Shown one piece after another: positions 56,069 to 64,000 of a stretch of 64,000 nt of DNA. The stretch is taken from IMG/VR virus record IMGVR_UViG_3300038393_000804, positions 19,598 through 83,597 of that record; one strand, written 5' to 3'. The stretch is from a virus. Taxonomy: Duplodnaviria; Heunggongvirae; Uroviricota; Caudoviricetes. A program made the translations under genes and the position numbers. Under the pieces are notes generated by a model, which was not told where the DNA came from, ran no database searches, and saw only the letters and a list, made by a program, of their open reading frames with translations. How positions within the stretch are numbered: the first letter of the stretch is position 1; every line of letters begins with the position of its first letter.

Positions 56069-57631
56069 TTATGATAACGCCTTGTAAGCGTCACGAGTCA
56101 TATAGCTAGGGTAGGCTTCGACATTTTCGCCTCTAATAGCTACTAATGGCTTCGCATATCCTCTGTTATGCTGTCCTTGCATTAAGTCCATGTAAAGCTT
56201 CATCTTGCTTTGCAATTCTGCTAGGATACCAGAAATACTTCCAGCTTGGTCTGCTGCTTTTGTTACCGTTAAATCACCGAGAGTAACAGCTTGTGTAGCA
56301 CCGCCGCCACCAGAACGCATCTGGGAATTCAACAATAAGTCATAGGCCGTTCTAAAACGTACATATTGGTGGACTTCATATGGAGCCGCACCATCCTTAT
56401 AGTTGTTCGCATCAAAGTTCTGTGCATTGGATACGATTTGATAAGCATATTTACTAGATTCATTCAGGTAAGCATACAGTAGCTTGTCAGAAGTAGAACC
56501 TGCAAAAGAACCAAGGTCTTGACGAACCAAGTCTGCATCTCCGTAAAGAGTAGAGTAAGTAGTAACAAATGACCAGTGATAAGCAATTCCAAGGCTTGCG
56601 CCAGTAGAACTCTTTACTGATTCCCTGACAATGACTGTATACTCTGCATCCTGTTCCAATGTAGCTGTTAGAACAACAACATTTGGAGTCACAATAGGAG
56701 CAATGGTCGCCGCTACTGCTTTTGCTGGAGCATAGTCCGTCATGAAGTCTACCAAACTAAGAGTTGCCTTGTCTTGTTTCTTTACAATATAGACTGTGCC
56801 ATTGTTAACAGTAGTTGGGTCAACATCACTAGAGAACACAATTAAGATTTGTTCTGGCATAATGTCGGCATCATCACGACGAGGGTATGTATCTGCCACA
56901 TCGAAGGAGAAGATATCTCCGCCACCAGCAGAACCACCAGGGCTAGGAGTAGGTGTAACGGCTGTCTGAACATTGAATTGACTAGATACCCAGTCACTTG
57001 TTTGGTCTCCATTAATAGCCCTTACGTAAGCGTAGTAATTGCCATCTGAGAACTTCTTCGGAACATTTAGCACTGTTGTACTAACTTTGTTAATGTCGCC
57101 CGCAGAAGGCCACACAGGGGCTACAAGAGGGTCATTGCTTGTGCTTACCATCACTTCATAGGTAAGAGCAGTAGAGATGTCATAGCTCTTTGGCTGTATC
57201 CATGATACGGTTGGATATCCATCATTCACGACAACGGTAATATCCTGCGGCACACTGATTCCAGACACATAAGCAGTTGTGAATTGGTACGTCCGAGAGA
57301 CGCCCATATAATCACCAGTAATGGTCTTAACTCCTGTGGTTCCGCCTACTACTGTTATTTCATATTCCTTTCCAGGGTTTAGGCTTTGTTCCGCCATGCC
57401 AAGCTGAGAAGAATAGTTTGGAATAAGAGTGGCAGTCATAGAAGTAGAATCATATTTAACAGAAGAGATGACAATATCTCCATTTACCTCTTTCAATACG
57501 ACATTGGATGATGTAATGGTGCTGGCATCCATATACTGAGAGAAGGTTACGACAACTTCCGTATTAACAGAAACGTTTGTCTCGTTATTGCTGGGGTTTA
57601 CTCCGATAACTAAATAATTGTTAATTGCCAA
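56069..57631 (-). CDS. Head-tail adaptor-like protein with two N-terminal Ig-like (Big_5-type) domains and one Fn3-like domain (520 aa)
   Basis: TTG start with SD AAGGGGTGA; VNPSNNETNVSVNTEVVVTFSQYMDAST and YPRRDDADIMPEQILIVFSSDVDPTT (Ig); C-terminal helical domain YSTLYGDADLVR...VTLGDLTV. Confidence 0.65.
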   Translation of the reverse strand: MAINNYLVIGVNPSNNETNVSVNTEVVVTFSQYMDASTITSSNVVLKEVNGDIVISSVKYDSTSMTATLIPNYSSQLGMAEQSLNPGKEYEITVVGGTTGVKTITGDYMGVSRTYQFTTAYVSGISVPQDITVVVNDGYPTVSWIQPKSYDISTALTYEVMVSTSNDPLVAPVWPSAGDINKVSTTVLNVPKKFSDGNYYAYVRAINGDQTSDWVSSQFNVQTAVTPTPSPGGSAGGGDIFSFDVADTYPRRDDADIMPEQILIVFSSDVDPTTVNNGTVYIVKKQDKATLSLVDFMTDYAPAKAVAATIAPIVTPNVVVLTATLEQDAEYTVIVRESVKSSTGASLGIAYHWSFVTTYSTLYGDADLVRQDLGSFAGSTSDKLLYAYLNESSKYAYQIVSNAQNFDANNYKDGAAPYEVHQYVRFRTAYDLLLNSQMRSGGGGATQAVTLGDLTVTKAADQAGSISGILAELQSKMKLYMDLMQGQHNRGYAKPLVAIRGENVEAYPSYMTRDAYKALS

Positions 57632-57649
57632 CTAATATCACCCCTTCAC

Positions 57650-57681
57650 AAAAATAGGCGGGAAAGTTCCCCCTCCCACCT
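57650..57681 (-). terminator. Intrinsic terminator
   Basis: AGGTGGGAG...CTTTCCCGCCT stem followed by ATTTTT. Confidence 0.7.
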
Positions 57682-58028
57682 TATTTCGCTTTCTTCTTAT
57701 TTGGTTTCTTTTTAGGTTCTTCAATCTCTTCAACTGCTACTTCTGCTGGCTGCTCATCAAGAACAACTTCTTCAACAGGAGCTTCCACAACTGGAGTCGG
57801 CTCAGGAACAACTACTTCTTCAACGTTATTGTTAAGTGAAGGGTCGCCCTCTACTAACATCAGATTGTTTAAGCGAAGAGACTTCTTAATACCTGTTAAA
57901 TCATATCCTTCTGGAATCTCATAGATAGCTAACCCATGAGTGCTCTTTTCGAATTTGATTCCTGTGTACTCATCTACCCATGACTTACCGCCAAAGAATG
58001 GAGACACAGCTACCTTAATACGTCCCAT
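57681..58028 (-). CDS. Small head-associated protein of unknown function (115 aa), acidic and Pro-rich tail
   Basis: SD AAGGAGG; located right after the capsid gene. Confidence 0.75.
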   Translation of the reverse strand: MGRIKVAVSPFFGGKSWVDEYTGIKFEKSTHGLAIYEIPEGYDLTGIKKSLRLNNLMLVEGDPSLNNNVEEVVVPEPTPVVEAPVEEVVLDEQPAEVAVEEIEEPKKKPNKKKAK

Positions 58029-58049
58029 TAAAATTCCTCCTTACTTAGT

Positions 58050-58088
58050 AAGAAACCCCCACTACATTAGTAGTAGTAGAGGTCTCTT
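58050..58088 (-). other. 16-bp stem-loop downstream of the major capsid gene
   Basis: AAGAGACCTCTACTAC-TACTAAT-GTAGTGGGGGTTTCTT pairs fully with G:U; no U-tract follows. Confidence 0.7.
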
Positions 58089-58099
58089 TAAAAGTTATA

Positions 58100-59206
58100 T
58101 TAGATTTGGTCACGGTCAACGTAGTTAGGGTTAGATGGGTCCATGTCAGATGGCAATGGAAGACCACCAGTGAAAGTACGTCCTGGAGCTGGGTAAGTCT
58201 TAGCAAACTTGATGTTGCGGGCAACGGCTAAGCCAAGTCCACCGTTCAAAATTCCTACGCCGTAACGCTCTTTTACTTTAAGAGAAAGAATGTCGCGTAA
58301 TGGGTCTTCGAACTGCTCAGTAGAGATATCGTCTTTAACAACGATAACACCGATGTTGTTACGGTCAACGATGTAGAAGTCAAAAGTCTTTGCTTCTTGG
58401 TTAAAAGGAATGAATGGTGAGAAGATTACATTCAATCCAAGTGCATTTGTAGTAGTGAACTCCATTGGGTTTTGAATAGAAGTTCCTTGACCAAATGCTG
58501 CTACGTTAGAAGCAGATTCTAACATTGCATTCTTGTGGAATAAAGACCAGCATAATGGGTGCATAATAATGTCTGTAGGCGTAAACCCAGCTGACATGAT
58601 TGAGATTGCCATATCTGTTAAGTCTTCTGCAGCTAATGTTCCGTTCAGTTCGCCGTCATAACCGCGTCCTGTAGGATAGCCTTCGTCGCCTTTGTTGAAT
58701 AATTCAGCATCGAATACTACGTGTCCGTGCTTGTTGAACTCTTCGAAGATTACTTCTTCTTTCTTACGAGCAAGTGCGCGGCCTGCAGCTTTCAGGTGTA
58801 ATCCGATTACATCCCACTGTGAGTCAGATACCATTTCATCTGTAATTTGCACTTTTAAGCCGTATTTCTTAACCTTAACATCAACAGTACCAGCGATACC
58901 TTGTTTTGTTAAGTTTAGAGTTTGGTTTGGATATTCCATACCTTCTCCGATTTCGAAAGCACGGATAGCTCCGAAATGGATGAATTCCATTGAACGTCCT
59001 TCGTTTAATTGTACTTTATGAAAGAATTGAGAAGCAAGTAACATTGGCTCTGCAGCCTCAACTACCACTTGGCTAATTACTTTCGGGATTAAAATATTTG
59101 CATCAGCTGTTGTTAAAGCTTCAGATACGTTAACACGAGTATCCTTAGATGGTTTGCCATCAAAAGACATCATTTTCGCATATTTTTCGACTAACTCTAA
59201 GTTCAT
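58100..59206 (-). CDS. Major capsid protein, HK97 fold (368 aa)
   Basis: VKVKKYGLKVQITDEMVSDSQWDVI...AAGRALARKKEEVIF...PTDIIMHP pattern; position after the protease and decoration genes. Confidence 0.92.
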   Translation of the reverse strand: MNLELVEKYAKMMSFDGKPSKDTRVNVSEALTTADANILIPKVISQVVVEAAEPMLLASQFFHKVQLNEGRSMEFIHFGAIRAFEIGEGMEYPNQTLNLTKQGIAGTVDVKVKKYGLKVQITDEMVSDSQWDVIGLHLKAAGRALARKKEEVIFEEFNKHGHVVFDAELFNKGDEGYPTGRGYDGELNGTLAAEDLTDMAISIMSAGFTPTDIIMHPLCWSLFHKNAMLESASNVAAFGQGTSIQNPMEFTTTNALGLNVIFSPFIPFNQEAKTFDFYIVDRNNIGVIVVKDDISTEQFEDPLRDILSLKVKERYGVGILNGGLGLAVARNIKFAKTYPAPGRTFTGGLPLPSDMDPSNPNYVDRDQI

Positions 59207-59248
59207 GCGAGTTATCCTCCTTCAATATCCTATGTTTATATTTTTATT

Positions 59249-59273
59249 GAGGAGGGACCGTAGCCCCTCTCCC
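59249..59273 (-). other. UNCG-tetraloop stem-loop (C-TACG-G) between the decoration and capsid genes
   Basis: GAGAGGGGC-TACG-GTCCCTCCTC followed by an A-rich, not U-rich, tract. Confidence 0.55.
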
Positions 59274-59296
59274 TTTGTTTCTAGCAATCTGTCAAA

Positions 59297-60583
59297 TTAC
59301 TTTTGTAGTAAAATACGAACAGCACCAACAGAACCTTGGTAATCCCACTCAGTTGGAATTCCAGCTTGAGGGTCAACTACTAATTTAGCATCAATAGTTA
59401 GGTTGTTGATTTTTTGACCAGGAGCTAAGTAAACAACGATAAGGTTGTTGTAAAGGTCAATAAGAAGGTCTTTAGCAGCAACTGCTACACCATCAGCTTT
59501 AACAACAACTGCATCAGCTTCAGCTTTGTCAATTGGGTTACGTAACTTGATGAATACTGCGTTGTTACGAGAATCAGCAGCAACTTGAACACCTTTATCA
59601 ACAGTTGTTCCGTTGTTAGCAGATACAGTGAAAGTACCAGATACATCATGTCCGAATTGAACGTTACCAGCGATACGAACGTTTTCGATTTGACCATCGT
59701 TGTTGTTAGTCTTATCGTAGATGTCGTCCATAGTGATTCCGTTTTTAACAGTTTTAGCTTTGAAGTAACCATCAGTTAAGAATGGAATACCTTTGTTGAT
59801 TGTTGGTAGCAATAGCTTTTGGAAGTCAGCCATCCAGCTCTTATTAGTGTAAGGAACACCGTAAGGGTAAGCAGCCGCAGAACCATCTGGGTTAGCACCT
59901 GGAGATGGAGCAGTACCAGCAGCTTTTAACCAAGCTTCAATTTCAGGAATGTCCATGCTTAGGTAGTATTGTAAGAAACCAGCAGGTGGTAATTCACGTT
60001 GAATGTCTAATACTTGACCTACTACTGAGAATGGAGATGCTCCAACAGCTTCAGTGTCAAGTCTTACGAAGTTACCATCTTTACCTACAGCAACATAGTC
60101 ACCAGCTTTTAATTGAGCAGCATCGTTAGTACCGTAAGCAGCACCGAAACGCATTGCTTTTGCAAAGCCTTGAGCAGTTGTTACATCAGCGTGTTCGAAT
60201 AAAGGAACTTCGATGTAAGAACGAGTGATAACAGTTGGGTTTGGTTGGTTGTTACCAGAGAAACGGTCACGACGAGTTTCGTAAACGTTGTGGTGTAGAA
60301 CACCGATAGCGTGCTTAGAGCCTTCAGCAGCTTGCTTGATTGCAGTGATGTTACGAGCAGTTGTGTAATCGTACTCAGGTACACCTAACTCTACAATTTT
60401 ACCTTTTGCTAAAACTACTGTTTGATTGCCTTCTGGACCGAATTCATATACGAACGGGTCAGCAGCATTGTCAGCCGCTACAATCCATTTTTCACTTGGA
60501 GCGTCGCCCTCAGAAACTACTAGGTTTGTATGGGACTTACCAGTGAAAGTATAAGTTGCATCAACACTTGGGAATAAAGCCAT
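59297..60583 (-). CDS. Capsid decoration or cement protein (428 aa)
   Basis: Immediately upstream of the MCP; VVLAKGKIVELG...AIGV...LKAGDYVAVGKDGNFV...VVGQVL beta-tulip-like pattern with a large insertion. Confidence 0.65.
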   Translation of the reverse strand: MALFPSVDATYTFTGKSHTNLVVSEGDAPSEKWIVAADNAADPFVYEFGPEGNQTVVLAKGKIVELGVPEYDYTTARNITAIKQAAEGSKHAIGVLHHNVYETRRDRFSGNNQPNPTVITRSYIEVPLFEHADVTTAQGFAKAMRFGAAYGTNDAAQLKAGDYVAVGKDGNFVRLDTEAVGASPFSVVGQVLDIQRELPPAGFLQYYLSMDIPEIEAWLKAAGTAPSPGANPDGSAAAYPYGVPYTNKSWMADFQKLLLPTINKGIPFLTDGYFKAKTVKNGITMDDIYDKTNNNDGQIENVRIAGNVQFGHDVSGTFTVSANNGTTVDKGVQVAADSRNNAVFIKLRNPIDKAEADAVVVKADGVAVAAKDLLIDLYNNLIVVYLAPGQKINNLTIDAKLVVDPQAGIPTEWDYQGSVGAVRILLQK

Positions 60584-60612
60584 GAATGTTGTCCTCCTTC
60601 AATTTCCTTGTA

Positions 60613-61245
60613 TTATTTTCTTAGACCAGGGCCACCGAATAATGCCATAAGAGCGTCTTCAGTAGTCATCTGTTTCTTAGATTCTTTAATTTCTTTTGTG
60701 TCAACAACGCTTGCAGGGTTTTCAATCTTCTCTACTGTACGAACAACAGGTTGTGCAGGAGCAGTAACTGCCTCTGTTAACAAGTCTGCTAGACTATCAT
60801 TTAGAGATTCGATAGAACGCTCTACAAATTTTGCAACAGCTTCTTCGCGGTTAGACTCTTTTCCAAGAGACAAACGAAGGTCTACTACGCGCTCAGCTAC
60901 CATTTTGTGCATTTCAGTTGCAAGGTTAGCATTTTCTTCAACTGCTTGAGTACGAGCTTGCTTTTCTTCTTCTAGAGAAGTTTCAAGTCCTTCCTTAGCA
61001 ATAGTCAATTCAGCCACCTCTGCTTCTTTAGCAGTTAATGTTTCTTGGGTAGTAGCTAACTCAGTTTCTTTCTCAGCAAGAGCTTGCTCCGCAGTTTCTT
61101 TAGCTTTAGTAGTTTCTTCTACATCTGTTTTAAGCTGTTCAACTTCAGCTGTCAACTGTTCTTTTTCAGAAACTAAAGTTTCGTTAGCTTCTTTAGTAGA
61201 AGCAAGTTCATCTTGCAACGCTTTGATTTCTTGTTCTGTAAGCAA
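60613..61245 (-). CDS. Probable nested scaffold protein (210 aa) from an internal in-frame TTG
   Basis: GGGAGAGGAG-AAAACACC-TTG in frame, exactly at the start of the coiled-coil region. Confidence 0.6.
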   Translation of the reverse strand: MLTEQEIKALQDELASTKEANETLVSEKEQLTAEVEQLKTDVEETTKAKETAEQALAEKETELATTQETLTAKEAEVAELTIAKEGLETSLEEEKQARTQAVEENANLATEMHKMVAERVVDLRLSLGKESNREEAVAKFVERSIESLNDSLADLLTEAVTAPAQPVVRTVEKIENPASVVDTKEIKESKKQMTTEDALMALFGGPGLRK

Positions 61246-61998
61246 GGTGTTTTCTCCTCTCCCTGGCTGTAACCCTTCTGCTAGAACAGATTGTGGGTCA
61301 ACCAACCATTCTGTAGTTTTCTTTCCTAGATTGATAATCTCCTTGCCGTTATAGGCAAAGGACTCTGCTTGATGTACGGTATTAGAACCGCCAACAATCA
61401 TCGCATCCTGGTCAGCAGGAACGTTTACCCATGATAATTCATCAAAGAATACGTTACCGACAATCCATTCTGCTACTTGACCATCATACTCTTGCCCCTT
61501 CATGTGTCCACAAAAACCTTCGTTAATTATGTCCGTTCCACAAATTGAGCAGTATGCTGCGTCAGTGGTTGCTCCAATACTGACAGTAAGGAGCCTGCCG
61601 CCAAGTATATCGTTGATAGCACTCTCTTGAGTGATTTTAGGAACAACGATAATCCCAGGCCGACCAGCTTGTGTTATCTCAGAGAATGAGGCTGCTTGAA
61701 TACGTCCAGATGCTTCAGTGTTAACATCGTGATTATAAATCACTGGCTTTGCAAATGGATGTAACCAAGAGTAAACACCAGACTTTAGTGTAGCATCACC
61801 CTTGAGCTTCTCTGCTGGATAGCGTGTGAAGTTACGTGTGGTTCCTGCATGAATAGCTTCGATACGTGGCATCAGGTAAGTTCTACCGTCGCCCGCTGCT
61901 TCCTTGAAGGCTTTGCCGCTCTCAGCTAGCACATTAGGTTTCACCGTAATGGATTCATCTAATTTCCTAGGATTTATGTCCAGTCCTCTGTACTTCAC
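60613..61998 (-). CDS. Prohead protease fused to a coiled-coil scaffold (461 aa)
   Basis: IEAIHAG...KPVIYNHD...GRI...VSIGA...CSICG...ELSWVNVPAD, then an acidic heptad-rich C-terminal half. Confidence 0.85.
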   Translation of the reverse strand: MKYRGLDINPRKLDESITVKPNVLAESGKAFKEAAGDGRTYLMPRIEAIHAGTTRNFTRYPAEKLKGDATLKSGVYSWLHPFAKPVIYNHDVNTEASGRIQAASFSEITQAGRPGIIVVPKITQESAINDILGGRLLTVSIGATTDAAYCSICGTDIINEGFCGHMKGQEYDGQVAEWIVGNVFFDELSWVNVPADQDAMIVGGSNTVHQAESFAYNGKEIINLGKKTTEWLVDPQSVLAEGLQPGRGENTLLTEQEIKALQDELASTKEANETLVSEKEQLTAEVEQLKTDVEETTKAKETAEQALAEKETELATTQETLTAKEAEVAELTIAKEGLETSLEEEKQARTQAVEENANLATEMHKMVAERVVDLRLSLGKESNREEAVAKFVERSIESLNDSLADLLTEAVTAPAQPVVRTVEKIENPASVVDTKEIKESKKQMTTEDALMALFGGPGLRK

Positions 61999-62003
61999 CT
62001 AGG

Positions 62004-64000
62004 CTACACCTCCTCCGCTGATATATTCAGTTGTACTAAGCAATCACAATTTGGATGATGTGGCGGAATCACGTCAATTAAATTGTGGTCTGTCAATACG
62101 ATAGACTGTTTGTTCTTCGTGTCACATTCCTTACAAGCTTTTTCAGTACCAGCGGTATGAACCTCTTTAACTCCAGCTTCCTTAGCTGCTATTGCTAAGC
62201 CGTAATTGTATGCACGTAAGATTTCAGTCTTAGCCATGAATGAAAGTCTATATTGATTGGAATTGAAAGCTCCACGAATATTCGCTAGTTGGTCCTCGAC
62301 TGCTTCTTTTTTCTGTGCCGCAGTTACGAGATGAATGACATCGTCAACAAGTCTATTAACATATTTCTCTGACTCTGCTATTACTTGATTCACAGCAAAG
62401 CTGACTGTTGTCGTTTTCTGACCTGGCTGCCTTAGTTCCTCTCTCCCATTTGCTAAACCTTTCATCATTGCCGTTGTAATGTACTGACGGTTCTTACTCT
62501 TTAAAGATTGTCTTGTGAGTTCGACTGCAAATGCTTTAATCTCATTTAGCGAATCGCCTCTCTTGACTCTGCTAACCACGTCATCGGCTAGAGTGCTCCA
62601 GTACTTTGACATGGACTCTTCATAGCTTTTTATTGGTAGCTCAGTTGTTAAAGTAACCACTTTTGCATCCTCAGTCAATACCTTTTCTTCAACTTTTTCT
62701 GAAACACTTGCTTTAGGCTTCCCTGGTGACATCTTAGTGCCATTTTGATTGGTTGGCTGGTTCTTATTCTGCCCTGCATTATTTGCCGCTTGTTGGCTTT
62801 GCTGAGCCTGTGCAAGGGCATTATCAGCTGCCTGCTGTGCAAGAGCACCTGTAACCATGTTGAAGTATAGTCTTGATTCGTCTGCTACTGGGTCTAATCC
62901 CATTAGTTGTCTTAACTCTTCATGAGTAATAGCATTCTGAGTAAACAATTGAACGAGATAATTGTCTCTCTTAATCTTTGCATCGAGTTCAATCTCTTCA
63001 AAGAAGAATGTTACTTCATCATCTGGTTTTAAAGTGGGGTCATATCCGCCCTCAAACAGTAGCTCATTGATAACTTGCTGTTGGAATTGAACAGCAAATG
63101 AATGCTGGTATTCCTTTACTCCATCAAATAGGTCGGCTGCTTGATTATCGGACGTAGAACGGTTTGATGTGCCACCGATACCCATTACAGTATCAGATAC
63201 ATTCAGACCAGTGAATACACGTTGACGATAGTAAGCTAAGTATGGAGAAGCATCGAGTGCTGAACCACCTGAACCTACGACAGAAATATTGTGACGCTCA
63301 GGAATAACGATACCGCCATCCATAGGCATATCACGAATTTGTTCTCTGATGTCTTCAATCTCTTCATCTGTTGCTTCGAATCCTGGCTTATCTAAACCTA
63401 CTTGATACGTATAAAGCGGGAATAGATTTCGATAGACTAAACGTGCCACGTTCTCCTCTAATTGACGAAGAAGCTTAACATCATCTAGTACGTTGGAAAC
63501 CATTGGTACGCCATAAGCTCTTCCTGTTGGTTGGCGATACTTAAGGTGAATAATATCTTCTGGCTTAAATGTAACAGTATTACCGCCGCCTGTATCCTGC
63601 TCATACCCAGTAATGTTCCCCAAGTCGTCACGGGCTACCTTTACAGTAGTAGGAGGCAAAATAAAATAACCAGCGACTGGTTGCTTACCCGTATATCCTG
63701 CAGCCTGCACGCCTTGTGCCATTGCTCCACCTTTTGCTCTTGCTTTAACAAGATAAGCGTTACTGAATAGGACGAAGTCAAATGCCAGTTGGTCTAGTAA
63801 TTCATCAATTGGTTTGCCAGTACCTTCAGCCATTAACTTAAGTCGTGTCCATACATACTCTGTTCCTTTTTCGTTCTTTCCGTTGAATCCCCATCCATTC
63901 TTGAACATTAATCCAACGTGCTTATCAATCGCTCTCCGAATATAAGAGTCTGTATGATAGGCAGCTTGAATTTCTGCTAAGTCGATTGGGCTGTCCTCGA
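62004..64000 (-). CDS. Portal protein (5'-truncated by the window) with a Gln/Asn-rich linker and a C-terminal MuF/SPP1-gp7-like domain
   Basis: The frame is open upstream of the ATG at 63908 to the edge (EDSPIDLAEIQAAYHTDSYIRRAIDKHVGL). Portal motifs FVLFSNAYL and YRQPTGRAYGVP; C-terminal AKTEILRAYN...CKEC...IPPHHPNCDC. Confidence 0.85.
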   Translation of the reverse strand, partial: EDSPIDLAEIQAAYHTDSYIRRAIDKHVGLMFKNGWGFNGKNEKGTEYVWTRLKLMAEGTGKPIDELLDQLAFDFVLFSNAYLVKARAKGGAMAQGVQAAGYTGKQPVAGYFILPPTTVKVARDDLGNITGYEQDTGGGNTVTFKPEDIIHLKYRQPTGRAYGVPMVSNVLDDVKLLRQLEENVARLVYRNLFPLYTYQVGLDKPGFEATDEEIEDIREQIRDMPMDGGIVIPERHNISVVGSGGSALDASPYLAYYRQRVFTGLNVSDTVMGIGGTSNRSTSDNQAADLFDGVKEYQHSFAVQFQQQVINELLFEGGYDPTLKPDDEVTFFFEEIELDAKIKRDNYLVQLFTQNAITHEELRQLMGLDPVADESRLYFNMVTGALAQQAADNALAQAQQSQQAANNAGQNKNQPTNQNGTKMSPGKPKASVSEKVEEKVLTEDAKVVTLTTELPIKSYEESMSKYWSTLADDVVSRVKRGDSLNEIKAFAVELTRQSLKSKNRQYITTAMMKGLANGREELRQPGQKTTTVSFAVNQVIAESEKYVNRLVDDVIHLVTAAQKKEAVEDQLANIRGAFNSNQYRLSFMAKTEILRAYNYGLAIAAKEAGVKEVHTAGTEKACKECDTKNKQSIVLTDHNLIDVIPPHHPNCDCLVQLNISAEEV

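Larger units (their letters stand above)
1..64000 (-). mobile_element. Segment of a large myovirus-type phage or prophage genome: head, neck, tail and baseplate module
   Basis: Co-oriented, tightly packed genes in canonical order portal-protease-capsid-neck-sheath-tube-chaperone-TMP-hub-baseplate-fibres. No bacterial housekeeping genes. No att site or integrase is visible, so free phage versus prophage cannot be decided. Confidence 0.95.

Noticed and set aside
59290-59295. TTGACA upstream of the capsid gene as a sigmaA promoter
   Set aside because: No TAxxxT element at 16-18 nt spacing.
1-64000. tRNA or rRNA genes, introns, inteins, IS elements, anti-defence genes
   Set aside because: Intergenic gaps are too short and none shows such structure; no intein splice motifs, homing endonuclease or transposase motifs were recognised.

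Overview
The window is the virion morphogenesis region of a large contractile-tailed phage, with every credible gene on the minus strand. Strong AAGGAGG-type ribosome-binding sites and LysM, NlpC/P60 and lysozyme domains suggest a Bacillota host (inference). In transcription order it runs: portal (5'-truncated, fused to a MuF-like domain), prohead protease with a probable nested scaffold, decoration protein, HK97-fold major capsid protein, neck proteins, two sheath-like genes, three tube-like paralogs and two paralogous tail chaperones. Three consecutive giant genes follow (2048, 2523 and 2419 aa), then a tail lysin, spike and baseplate genes, and large fibre or adhesion proteins. Main discovery: the 2523-aa protein (34890..42461) next to the tape-measure position carries, in the correct order, recognisable beta and beta' motifs of two-barrel RNA polymerases, including NRYPT and ADYDGD. 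It also has an intact N-terminal DEDDh 3'-5' exonuclease and a tape-measure-like C-terminus, so it is a candidate tail-delivered single-chain virion RNAP-exonuclease fusion. Both flanking giants contain staphylococcal-nuclease-like domains. The ORF track misses a gene of at least 2259 codons (6777 to the window edge) encoding a glycoside-hydrolase-like domain plus about 1800 aa of 5-residue-periodic fibre repeats. All domain calls come from motif recognition by eye; no database search was run.
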